Assembly: GCA_949300385.1 (NCBI GenBank)
Contig: CASGDZ010000002.1
Location: 111,758 to 175,757 of the forward strand
From: an uncultured Christensenella sp.
GTDB taxonomy: Bacteria > Bacillota > Clostridia > Christensenellales > UBA1242
Direction of reading: 5' to 3'
DNA: 64,000 nt
The notes under the pieces are model-generated. The model did not search any database. It was not told the DNA's origin and saw only the letters and a list, made by a program, of their open reading frames with translations. Shown in pieces: positions 20,436 through 30,709 of the stretch. How positions within the stretch are numbered: position 1 is the stretch's first letter; each line of letters opens with the position of its first letter. A program made the translations under genes and the position numbers.

Positions 20436-23400
20436 ATGAGGAAGTTATCTCAAAAGACTGCGACAATCACGATAAAGAGTTTTATCGCGTTTTTGATGGT
20501 GTCTGTACTTGTTTTATCTGGAGTGGGCATATATTTTGCTAACAAGAAGCCATCAAGTTTAGTAGTCAACCCATTAGATTGGTCGACAGATGTTTTTGAC
20601 GGCGAGTACGACGCGACAGAAGGAAAGAATGATTATTCGTCAAGCAACGACTTTGCTAATCGTGGAGATATGACATACACGATAGACAGCGTCGATTCTT
20701 TCTTATATTTTATAAGTATTGTCAACGATGCAGAAGCGGCTGCGCGAGATTATAACTATTTTAAGGACTATACAGTCTATCTCAATAAAAATATTGACCT
20801 TAACGGATACACCATTGACTCAATAGGTGTATTAGGCGAAGGTGGTATACCTACTTTCCAAGGGACATTCGACGGATCATACTACACAATATTCAATGCC
20901 AACATAAATGGTAATGGACTTTTTGCGTATACTCGCAATGCAACTATAAAAAATATAGGTTTATATAACTGCACAATCAATAGTGACGTAAAATATACTG
21001 GTGGCATTTTAGGTTATGCAGAAAATCCTATTGTTAGTGAAGTATACATATTTGGCGGTTCTATTAATTCAAGCGCAGATTCAAACACTACAGCAGGGAT
21101 TATAGGGCAGGCATTAATAACAGAGACATATACTAGCGGCATAATTGCCAATTCATTCGCAAACACAACTTTAAATGGCACGACTCGTGCGGGACTTATT
21201 GGTAGCATAATTGATTCACAAACATTTGATCAACAATCAAATACAGAGCAAGATTCAACCGATTTGGAAATGCCAGATCAAGATGTTTCTGATACAGAAG
21301 ATGTGGACAAAATAACACTATCAATTACATATTCATATTATACAAACGCAGGCAGTTTGTATGCGAATAAATCTGAAAATATGATTATCGAGAGCAAAAC
21401 TGTGCTTTCTAACCCAACTCGCGGCGTATTTGTAGCATGGCCAACATATAAGAGCGAGTATGATCTTTCGTTCGATTGGTGTGATTATTCATACATGAAG
21501 AATAGCACAAAACGCGATTTTAATTTGCCAATACAGACAGGTTTTAATAAAGTCTTCATGAAAGGTAGTTTCTATGAGAATACCATATATAATGAAACTA
21601 CAGGTGAGTTCGGGAATGCAGAATCTTTAAATAGTGCAATTGATACAATCGCGCCTAACCAAATTGGTGAAATTAATATAGTAGTTGAAAAAATCTATGT
21701 AGATGAGCCTACAATAATCTCGGCAGATATTGGAGTTAATTTTTACGCTGCAAAAGAAACGACTTTGCTTAGAGGTGAAAATCTTACAGATGCAATGATT
21801 GTAGTGGGTGAGAATGCCAAGCTCGCATTAGGAGACGATGAATCCGAGCATATAATAATAGACGGAAATAGAGAGTATGTCGAAGCTAACAATTTGAAAT
21901 CCTCCGCAGCCATTGTGTGCTATGGAAATAGCGGTGGCGAGTTTGATAATGTTACAATATGTAACAATGTAAACAATATGGACGGCAAAGGTGGGTTGAT
22001 AGCCATATTGGACAAAGAAGAAGCCAATGAAGTCGAAACAGTTAGAAACAATTTATCTGCTCTCCGCTCAACAAATCAAATAAGCACACTCAGCTCTGCC
22101 GTGACTGTTACTTTAAGCATTTATAATCTTCCAGCAACTTCGACTTTAACAGGCGGAAGTGCGACATATGGTGGTGGTCTTTATGCTTCGAGATCTACAT
22201 TAAGATCAATAAATATCTTAGGTACTATAACAAATAATACTGCGACTTATTATGGGGGTGGAGCCTATATTACTGTATCAAATACAAGGCTATCGGTATC
22301 TTTTCGTTCAACATCTGTAGTATCAGAAAATACGGCAAGAAGTGGCGGCGGAATATATTATACTGGTTCAACGACTCTAACAATAGCGGGAAGTATTATT
22401 AACAATGATGCCACCTCTACATCGTCGAGTTACGGAGAAGGAGGAGGAATCTACTCTACCAAAGCTATAACAGTAGAAGATACAGGCGAAATATCTGGAA
22501 ATACTGCAACAAATAATGGTGGCGGAATTCGTATTACTGCAAGTTCAACGGCTGTTTTAAGCGTATCAGGTTTAATTTCAGAAAATTCTTCGATAAATGG
22601 AGGAGGAATTTATATCGATGGATCGGCGACGCTAAGTTTAACTTCAGTATCACAAATTACAAATAATTCTGCAACTTATGGCGGAGGAATATTAGTAGAG
22701 GATACTTCTATAACTATTTCTGGTGAAATATCAGGTAATTCTGCAACAAATGGTGGTGGAATTTATGGAACGACTTCTGCTGATGATGGCATAGTATATA
22801 TATCTGTTGAGAGTACAGGTAAAATAGCCTCGAATACAGCAAATTATGGTGGAGGAGCATATGTAATAGGCTCTGCTGTAACGCTTTCAGGAGAGATATC
22901 TGGAAATATTGCTAGTTGGTATGGTGGAGGATTATACATTGCTTCGGGTACAGCGACCATTTCAGGTTCAGGAACAATATCAGGCAACACTGCTCAATAT
23001 GGTGGTGGTATATATAAAGGGGGCGGTACTGTAAATGGAGCGACTACTTCAACTGTATATAATAATACGGCATCCGTTGCAGGAAACAACACTTATGGCA
23101 TGGGGTATAAAACCATTAATTTATATTCAGCAAGTTCAACTTATACTTCAGAAAAAGTATACTATTTAGACACTTATACTTTCCCAACAACAGCGTCAAA
23201 GAGTGGATTTACATTTGCATTTTGGAGCACTAGTTCATCTAGTACAAGTTCATCTTATAAAGTAACTTCATATACAAATACAACGACATCTTCGTCGACA
23301 CTAAATAGATATGCAGTGTTTAGTAGATACTTAATGGCTTATGATGGCTATGCGAACGAACAAACAAGTTATCATCTATACACAACTGCAGCTAATACAA

Positions 23401-26400
23401 GTACTTCTTTCACAGTATCGCCAACTAGTTACACAGGATATTATTTTGAGGGTTGGGTAACAAGTACTACAAGTGTAACAGATAACACTCAAACAAAACC
23501 ATCATTCTATTCAAAATCAAAAACAACTATATCATCTAATGTCGCTTCATTAAGTTTAACGGCTATTTATTCAAAATACTGGTATTTTTATGGTTATGAC
23601 AAAGATTATGATGAAGATTTAGAATTTTCTTATATTACATATTATAAAGGAAATTCTGGAATTGAAAGTTTAAGTTATAATTTAACTTTCACATTACCTT
23701 CAAATTATGTTCCTTCTGGATATTCATTTTATGGTTGGTCTTCAGTCTCCCCTACTAATACTGCAACTTATGTGGGTAGTACTGTAACCTCATACAATAA
23801 ACAAAATGATTGGAATAATTATTATGCAGTATATAAAAAGCAAATAACATATTATTACAATTCGACATCAAAAACGCAATCATATTATTATGCCTATAAT
23901 ACTTATGGAAGCAAAACATTGACATTGTCTATAACGACGCCATCAGGATATAGTTATGTAGGATTAACGACAACAAGTAATGTATCTGCGAATACTTCTA
24001 CTAAACCTACTTTGCTAAGTACATCTACAAGTGTAACTTCTGCAAGTGCAAGTATGACAGTATATGCTGTATATAGTAGATATTTTGCATATTATATTCG
24101 TGACTGGAATGAGTTCACTCATTATTATCCATATAATGTGAGCGCGAATGCAAGTTATTCATTCTCAATAAGTGTAGGTACTCCAAGCGGATATGATTTT
24201 GCAGGTTGGGTAAATGATGGTACAACTATTACAGATGGTACAACAACTAAACCTAGTTTATTATCTACATCTAAAACCAGTTATTCAACTACAACAGCGT
24301 CAACCAAAATTACTGCAATACTTTATAAAAATTGGTATTTCTATGGATATAACGGAAATGATCTAGTATTAACCTATTACAATGCAACTTCAGCATCTGA
24401 TGATAATACTGAATATTATACATATACAATATCAAGTGGTAGAATAACGCCTGGGTTTAATTTCTATGGATGGACAACAGAGTCGGAAGGTACAAGCGCG
24501 GATTATGTCGCATCAAGTAATAGTACAAAACTACCATCAGAAAGTATAACGGTACGCTTCTATGCAGTGTTTACTAGGACATGGACATTTAAATATGGGT
24601 TGAATCTTGAAAGCACATATACAATAAAAGGTTATTATCCATATAATGTCGGTGCAAATGCAAGTTATACAAAATCTTACACTCCGCCAGCAATTACCGG
24701 ATATACATTTGACGGATGGACAACGAGTACTTCAGGAGCTTCTGCGTCTGGAAGCAATGCAACATTGACATCTACTTCTTCAGCGACATTTAATGCAACA
24801 TACAGCAGAAATGAGTATTATTTAGATCTTAATGGAACTATAAATGGTAATTCTCAAAGTAATATCAGCGGTGGCGGAACAGCAAATGTTTATATCAAGG
24901 AACCGGGCGACTCAGACTTTACATTAGTTTCATCTAATGTAACAGATTATTATAAAGCATGGCCTTATCAAACTGAGTATAAAATTGTTGTGACTGCAAC
25001 TAATTCAGCTCAATATTATGTAGGCACATCATCAGATTGTGATCAATCTAGTTATACATTTACGGGTACTATACAAACTTCGAATGTTGAAGTAAAACCG
25101 GTATTCGTATTAAGAACTTACTGGACGGATATAAATATTTTAAATCCAAATGGTAGTCAAGACTATGCGTCTGGTACTATTGATATTACTTATTCAAATG
25201 GTAAAACATTTAACGATATGAACAACGAACCTGAGGGAAATGATCAAATATCTTTACCATATGGCGCGACAATAACCATATCAGATATAAAGCCTGCAAC
25301 GGGATATACATTAGATAAAGTAAAAATGCAATCGGGTTCAATTACTAACAATAATAACGGATCTTATACTTATACTGTAATTGGCACAGATGTTATAATT
25401 GTACAAATGAAATGGATCAAATCTACTTTAACAATCAATCCAAACGGTGGATCATATGACGGAAGTACAAGTAACAAAACAATTACTCAAAATTATGGTA
25501 CAACTTATTCATTAGCAACACCAACAAGAACAGGATATACATTCGGCGGTTGGACACTATCAGGCAAAGGAGCATTATCTGGAAGTGCATATACATTTGG
25601 AGCAGGCGCTGCATCATTGACTGCTCAATGGACTGCGGAAAATTATACGGTTAACTTTAACGCAAACGGCGGAACATTAACAGGTAAAACAAGTGTTACT
25701 ACTACATACGCGAGTGGCTCATACAATGCAATATCTGCGAGCGTGACTACAACCGCACCAACAGGATATGTATTTGCTGGTTGGTATACTCAAGCCAACG
25801 GTGGAGAACAAGTATATGACGCAAGCGGTAACGCAATAAGCGGAACATACTGGAATAGTAACAAGCAATGGATAAAAGATCTTGGAAATAACGGCGCAAG
25901 CATGACTCTTTATGCTCATTGGGAAAGGCAAAGCTATTATCTTGACATTTTAAATGGTAACGTTGATGGTGTACACTATGACAATGTAGAAAATATTGCG
26001 ACAGCTAATGTGTGGGTAAAAGAAGTAGGAAGTTCTGATTTCAAGTTAGTTGCAGAAAACGTTACCGATTATTATATAAAGTGGCCTCATGAAACAGAAT
26101 ATAAGATTACAATTACAGTAAATAATAGTAGTCAATATTTTGTTGGGACGTCAACAGACTGCGATCAATCTTCTTGGACATTTACAGGTAAAATTAATGC
26201 CAAAGATGAAGTAATTATTACTTATTTCAAGACAAGAACATATACAGTATCATTCAATGTGTCTCCTGAGCAAGCTGGTACATTGACCGCTTATTCTATA
26301 AATAATGTGCCATATGGTTCAAGTATTACAAAAAATAGCAATAACATAACTATTAATGGCACGACTATAACTGCTATTGCTAATACTTCCGACATAGAAT

Positions 26401-29400
26401 ATTCTTATTCATTTGCTGAATGGTTGAATGCTGATGGCACAATTACAGGTGCAAGAACAATAACTGCCCAATTCGATTCAACTAGAAAAACGGGTTCTAT
26501 AGAGATGTCTTTCGGTGGAGATGGATTAGGTGAAGTTATTGTTGAGCCAGATGATGCAGTTGACAATAATACAATTTCTAATGTAAATATTAATGAGATT
26601 ATACATGTTGACGGAGATGTATTAACTATAGGTATATATACAATAACTGCTGTCCCACATAATGCTGATGATCAGTACACTTACACATTTGGCGGATGGT
26701 CAGTAGAAGATGGTGATAGAGTTTATAATGGACTAGTTATTACTGTAACATTTAATAGACATATCAAGAATTATACTGTACAATTTGATGTTAATGACGA
26801 AGATTTAGGATCGGTAGATAGAACATCGATATCAGTAAATTATGGAACAAGTATAATTGTAAACGCAAATAAATTAACAATCGGTGATTACATAATAACA
26901 GCAACCCCTACAGCAATTGAAGGATACACTACAACATTCGAAAGTTGGACAAATGCAAGCGGGAATATAACTGGTAATAGGACAATAGTTGCGAACTTTG
27001 ATAGGGAAATAAATCATTTTGATGTGGTTATAAATGTAAATAATACATCTTATGGAAAAGTTAATAACACAAATAGTGTAACTTTAAGTGTTCCTTACAA
27101 TACAACTTATTCAGCGTCAGGGAATACACTTGTATTTAATGGTGTTGAAAATGGAACAATTACAGCAACAGCCAATACTCAAACTGATCAATATAGTTTT
27201 GCTTTTGAAAGTTGGTCAAGTACAAGTGGAACAATCACAGGCGAGACAACTATAACTGCTAACTTTATAGCAGAATTAAGGGAATATGATATTCACTTTG
27301 CAGTTAATCCTAGTGATTATGGCTCAGTAAATATTAATATTATTGAAAAAGTGCCTTTCGGTAGCGCTATAACTATAAATGACAATACAATTTCAATCAA
27401 CGGAACAACTATAACAGCTACTCCTGAAGATGCAACAGATGAGTTTACATATAAATTTGTAAATTGGACTAACGCAACAGGTAGCGTAACGGGAGAAAGA
27501 ACAATCACAGCTAATTTCACTCGTACTACAAATGCTTACGATGTATTATTTGAAGCAAAACCTGATGGCTACGGAACTGTAAGCAAGACAATAATAGAAG
27601 ATGTAGAATATGGAACTAACATTTCGGTAAATGGATCATCTATAACAATAGGGAACAACACAATCAGTGCAAATCCAACTACTGCGGACGATCAATATAC
27701 ATACAAATTTGTAAGTTGGTCAGTTGAGGATGGGGACAAGGTTGTTCCAAACATGACAATTATTGCTACATTTGATCGTGAAGTTAATAATTATGAAGTA
27801 ACTATTAATGTAAACAATAGCAACTATGGAACAGTTAATAATGCTGAAAGTGTTAAACTAACTGTACCTTATGGTACAACATTTACAACTACTAAAAATA
27901 CATTGACTATTGCAGATAATCAGACAATTACTGCCATAGCAACAGATTCTGAAGATCAATATTCATACACATTTACAGGTTGGTCAGTAGAAAGCGGAAC
28001 AATAACTTCAAATACAATAATTACAGCAAACTTCGCTCAAAATGTTAATACGTATACAATTGAGTTGCAAATTAACAACTCTGAATATGGAACATTAACT
28101 CAAACTAAGGTTGAAAATGTGCCATATGGTACAGCATTTAGTATGAATAATGGAACGCTCACAATTGATACAAAACCAAACGCAACAATTGTTACGGCGA
28201 ATGCTAAACCACAAACTGCTCAATTCGTATTCGCATTCAAAAATTGGACGAATGAAGCGGGTTCGGCTATTACAAACGGCATAGTTGAGGGTAACTTAAA
28301 GTTAACAGCAAACTTCACTGCTACTATAAGACAATATAAAGTAAATATTGTGGTGGCAGAAGATAGTGAAGGATTTGGATCAGTAACTCCAACTACCGTT
28401 ACAGTAAATTATGATTCTGACATAATAGATAACGGAACGGAAACTTTGACTATCGGCGGACAATCTGTCACAGCAACTCCAACTAGCGAAAATTATACCT
28501 TTGATTATTGGACTATTCCAAATGAAAAAGTGCAAGGCGAGATGACAATTTCAGCGCACTTTGCAAGATTATATGATTTGACATATAGTGTTGTTGGTGC
28601 TAGTGAAAGCAATGATTATTCATTAGTAATACAAAACAAACAAGGACAAACAGAACAAACTATTACCAAGTCAATGATGGATAGCGATGGTTCGGTAAAA
28701 GTCCAAGAAGGATTTAGAGTACTAATAAATGCTACTACAAATACAAACGCAGATCAAAATGTATACCAGTTGTTGTACACTTATGTTGATGACGTTCTAA
28801 CTACTGGCTCTCCAGTTGCTAAAGATTTAACAAATGTACCTGGAGCAACTATTGTTATGAATAACAACAGAGAGATAGAACTTCAGTTTGTTGAAGCATA
28901 TGTAATCGATACATCAAGCGAGTCGGGAATTGAAGCGATAATATCTGTAAATGATCCTACAAATAGTGCTTCATTAGGAAATGAAACAATTATCGCTAAA
29001 AATTCTGAAATTACGGTTACTATTCCAAAATCAGTGGAAGACGAAGGATACTTCTACATTGGTTTTAAATATGTTGCGAACGGCAAAGAAAATACAATAT
29101 TTAGTAATACTAATAGTCCGGACGATTTCACTTATGTAGGTGGTAGTGATGGATATAAATATACAACTACTAGTGTTTCTCCAGAAAGCATAAAAGTCTT
29201 GAGAGAAAAGACAGTCGAAATTAATGGAAGTATACTATCAGAATATAATTATACTACAATAACATTAACTTCAAAAGATTATGGCTATGTGAGAGAAATA
29301 ACAATAGGCTCTGATTCTGCAAATTGGAAATTGTTTAGTGGAACATGGTTAATCGAGTGCTATGATAGTGCAATACTAGAAAATATTGCTAATACATTAA

Positions 29401-29459
29401 TCTTAAATGGTTATAATGCAACGATCTTAGAAGGAATACTATATTTAGAACTCGAATAA
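20436..29459 (+). CDS. Giant mosaic surface protein (3,007 aa): N-terminal anchor, GLUG-like module, GGG[IL]Y beta-helix repeats, InlB-B/Listeria-Bacteroides-like repeats
   Basis: GGGAGG RBS and an N-terminal hydrophobic helix. TFDGSYYTI/GGILG module; 11 N-x-A/S-x-x-GGG[ILA]-type repeats (~22150-23100); TPTRTGYTFGGW-type repeats; nine ~86-aa repeats (~26240-28570). Confidence 0.85.
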   Translation: MRKLSQKTATITIKSFIAFLMVSVLVLSGVGIYFANKKPSSLVVNPLDWSTDVFDGEYDATEGKNDYSSSNDFANRGDMTYTIDSVDSFLYFISIVNDAEAAARDYNYFKDYTVYLNKNIDLNGYTIDSIGVLGEGGIPTFQGTFDGSYYTIFNANINGNGLFAYTRNATIKNIGLYNCTINSDVKYTGGILGYAENPIVSEVYIFGGSINSSADSNTTAGIIGQALITETYTSGIIANSFANTTLNGTTRAGLIGSIIDSQTFDQQSNTEQDSTDLEMPDQDVSDTEDVDKITLSITYSYYTNAGSLYANKSENMIIESKTVLSNPTRGVFVAWPTYKSEYDLSFDWCDYSYMKNSTKRDFNLPIQTGFNKVFMKGSFYENTIYNETTGEFGNAESLNSAIDTIAPNQIGEINIVVEKIYVDEPTIISADIGVNFYAAKETTLLRGENLTDAMIVVGENAKLALGDDESEHIIIDGNREYVEANNLKSSAAIVCYGNSGGEFDNVTICNNVNNMDGKGGLIAILDKEEANEVETVRNNLSALRSTNQISTLSSAVTVTLSIYNLPATSTLTGGSATYGGGLYASRSTLRSINILGTITNNTATYYGGGAYITVSNTRLSVSFRSTSVVSENTARSGGGIYYTGSTTLTIAGSIINNDATSTSSSYGEGGGIYSTKAITVEDTGEISGNTATNNGGGIRITASSTAVLSVSGLISENSSINGGGIYIDGSATLSLTSVSQITNNSATYGGGILVEDTSITISGEISGNSATNGGGIYGTTSADDGIVYISVESTGKIASNTANYGGGAYVIGSAVTLSGEISGNIASWYGGGLYIASGTATISGSGTISGNTAQYGGGIYKGGGTVNGATTSTVYNNTASVAGNNTYGMGYKTINLYSASSTYTSEKVYYLDTYTFPTTASKSGFTFAFWSTSSSSTSSSYKVTSYTNTTTSSSTLNRYAVFSRYLMAYDGYANEQTSYHLYTTAANTSTSFTVSPTSYTGYYFEGWVTSTTSVTDNTQTKPSFYSKSKTTISSNVASLSLTAIYSKYWYFYGYDKDYDEDLEFSYITYYKGNSGIESLSYNLTFTLPSNYVPSGYSFYGWSSVSPTNTATYVGSTVTSYNKQNDWNNYYAVYKKQITYYYNSTSKTQSYYYAYNTYGSKTLTLSITTPSGYSYVGLTTTSNVSANTSTKPTLLSTSTSVTSASASMTVYAVYSRYFAYYIRDWNEFTHYYPYNVSANASYSFSISVGTPSGYDFAGWVNDGTTITDGTTTKPSLLSTSKTSYSTTTASTKITAILYKNWYFYGYNGNDLVLTYYNATSASDDNTEYYTYTISSGRITPGFNFYGWTTESEGTSADYVASSNSTKLPSESITVRFYAVFTRTWTFKYGLNLESTYTIKGYYPYNVGANASYTKSYTPPAITGYTFDGWTTSTSGASASGSNATLTSTSSATFNATYSRNEYYLDLNGTINGNSQSNISGGGTANVYIKEPGDSDFTLVSSNVTDYYKAWPYQTEYKIVVTATNSAQYYVGTSSDCDQSSYTFTGTIQTSNVEVKPVFVLRTYWTDINILNPNGSQDYASGTIDITYSNGKTFNDMNNEPEGNDQISLPYGATITISDIKPATGYTLDKVKMQSGSITNNNNGSYTYTVIGTDVIIVQMKWIKSTLTINPNGGSYDGSTSNKTITQNYGTTYSLATPTRTGYTFGGWTLSGKGALSGSAYTFGAGAASLTAQWTAENYTVNFNANGGTLTGKTSVTTTYASGSYNAISASVTTTAPTGYVFAGWYTQANGGEQVYDASGNAISGTYWNSNKQWIKDLGNNGASMTLYAHWERQSYYLDILNGNVDGVHYDNVENIATANVWVKEVGSSDFKLVAENVTDYYIKWPHETEYKITITVNNSSQYFVGTSTDCDQSSWTFTGKINAKDEVIITYFKTRTYTVSFNVSPEQAGTLTAYSINNVPYGSSITKNSNNITINGTTITAIANTSDIEYSYSFAEWLNADGTITGARTITAQFDSTRKTGSIEMSFGGDGLGEVIVEPDDAVDNNTISNVNINEIIHVDGDVLTIGIYTITAVPHNADDQYTYTFGGWSVEDGDRVYNGLVITVTFNRHIKNYTVQFDVNDEDLGSVDRTSISVNYGTSIIVNANKLTIGDYIITATPTAIEGYTTTFESWTNASGNITGNRTIVANFDREINHFDVVINVNNTSYGKVNNTNSVTLSVPYNTTYSASGNTLVFNGVENGTITATANTQTDQYSFAFESWSSTSGTITGETTITANFIAELREYDIHFAVNPSDYGSVNINIIEKVPFGSAITINDNTISINGTTITATPEDATDEFTYKFVNWTNATGSVTGERTITANFTRTTNAYDVLFEAKPDGYGTVSKTIIEDVEYGTNISVNGSSITIGNNTISANPTTADDQYTYKFVSWSVEDGDKVVPNMTIIATFDREVNNYEVTINVNNSNYGTVNNAESVKLTVPYGTTFTTTKNTLTIADNQTITAIATDSEDQYSYTFTGWSVESGTITSNTIITANFAQNVNTYTIELQINNSEYGTLTQTKVENVPYGTAFSMNNGTLTIDTKPNATIVTANAKPQTAQFVFAFKNWTNEAGSAITNGIVEGNLKLTANFTATIRQYKVNIVVAEDSEGFGSVTPTTVTVNYDSDIIDNGTETLTIGGQSVTATPTSENYTFDYWTIPNEKVQGEMTISAHFARLYDLTYSVVGASESNDYSLVIQNKQGQTEQTITKSMMDSDGSVKVQEGFRVLINATTNTNADQNVYQLLYTYVDDVLTTGSPVAKDLTNVPGATIVMNNNREIELQFVEAYVIDTSSESGIEAIISVNDPTNSASLGNETIIAKNSEITVTIPKSVEDEGYFYIGFKYVANGKENTIFSNTNSPDDFTYVGGSDGYKYTTTSVSPESIKVLREKTVEINGSILSEYNYTTITLTSKDYGYVREITIGSDSANWKLFSGTWLIECYDSAILENIANTLILNGYNATILEGILYLELE

Positions 29460-29485
29460 AAAGAGGATAAAATATCCTCTTTTTT
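29458..29485 (+). terminator. Intrinsic terminator
   Basis: AAAAAGAGGATA-aaa-TATCCTCTTTTTT. Confidence 0.85.
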
Positions 29486-29658
29486 ATTTTTTTAATTTTA
29501 CAATAATAAAAAATTGAAATAATATAAAAAAATAAGCCAAAAATCTTTTTATTTAAAATAATTTTTAATTATAATTATATAAATATTAAAAATTTATTTT
29601 TATAATTTTCAAGATAATTTACCACTGAAAATATTTTTTTAAAATTGTTAATTATAAT

Positions 29659-30405
29659 ATGAAAAATAAATTTATAAATAATTTAAAAGAATTTATATTA
29701 AACTTAATTTATCCTAAACATATTAAGTGTATTTTTTGTGATGAAGAATTGGACGAAAGGGCAAAATTTGATACCTGTTACAAATGTGCTGGCAATTTAC
29801 CATATATTACTAGACCATGTTTAAGATGTGGGAAACAAATAAATGAAGGGAACGATCTAGTGTGTTATGATTGTAAGAAAGTAAATTATTCATTCATCAG
29901 CGCGCATAGTGTCTTTGAATATAAAGACGAGATTATATCAGCAGTCCATAAATTTAAATATTCATCACAAAAATTTCTGTATGAGCCATTTGCTGAGTAT
30001 ATGTGCGAAAAGTTTGCTACACTCAATCTATCCCCTGACATTATTACAGCCGTTCCGCTGCATATAAATCGTGAACGCGAACGAGGATACAACCAAGCAA
30101 AATTATTAGCGACCTTTATATCTAAAAAATTTAATATGAAATATTTAGACCTTTGCGAAAAGATAAAGGATAATACGAGTCAGACCGAATTAGATTATAA
30201 AATGAGACAAGAAAATGTTAAAGATGTTTATAAATTGTTGAAAAACGAACGAAAATTTATTAAGGGAAAGTCAATTTTGCTTATAGATGATATTTTTACA
30301 ACGGGAGCCACAACTAATGAAATTTCAAAATTGTTAAAAAGTGCTGGCGCAAAAGAAATAAACATTTTGACTTTTGCACACGCGCAACATAATATTAAAT
30401 ATTAG
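29659..30405 (+). CDS. comF: ComF family protein (double zinc ribbon + phosphoribosyltransferase-like domain)
   Basis: CxxC pairs, FKY, VPLH...RGYNQA, R-x-x-NV and LLIDDIFTTGAT motifs. Confidence 0.93.
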   Translation: MKNKFINNLKEFILNLIYPKHIKCIFCDEELDERAKFDTCYKCAGNLPYITRPCLRCGKQINEGNDLVCYDCKKVNYSFISAHSVFEYKDEIISAVHKFKYSSQKFLYEPFAEYMCEKFATLNLSPDIITAVPLHINRERERGYNQAKLLATFISKKFNMKYLDLCEKIKDNTSQTELDYKMRQENVKDVYKLLKNERKFIKGKSILLIDDIFTTGATTNEISKLLKSAGAKEINILTFAHAQHNIKY

Positions 30406-30709
30406 TTAATAATAATTTTTCTGTTTAAAATTCAAAATCTTAAAAAATTTATAAAAATTTATAAATAATAATAAAAAATATATTAAATTTTAATGAAAAT
30501 TTAAAATAATTGAAAATTTTATTTAAAATTTAATATTTAAATTTATCAAATAATTAATATTCAAATGATTTTATTAATAAAAATTTCATAAAAAATAAAG
30601 CAATTTTTGATATAAAAATTATTTAAATTTAATAAACAATAAAATAAAAATATTAAAAATCAAAAAATAAAAAAACACTATTAATTATATTTTCAATAAT
30701 TATAGCGTT

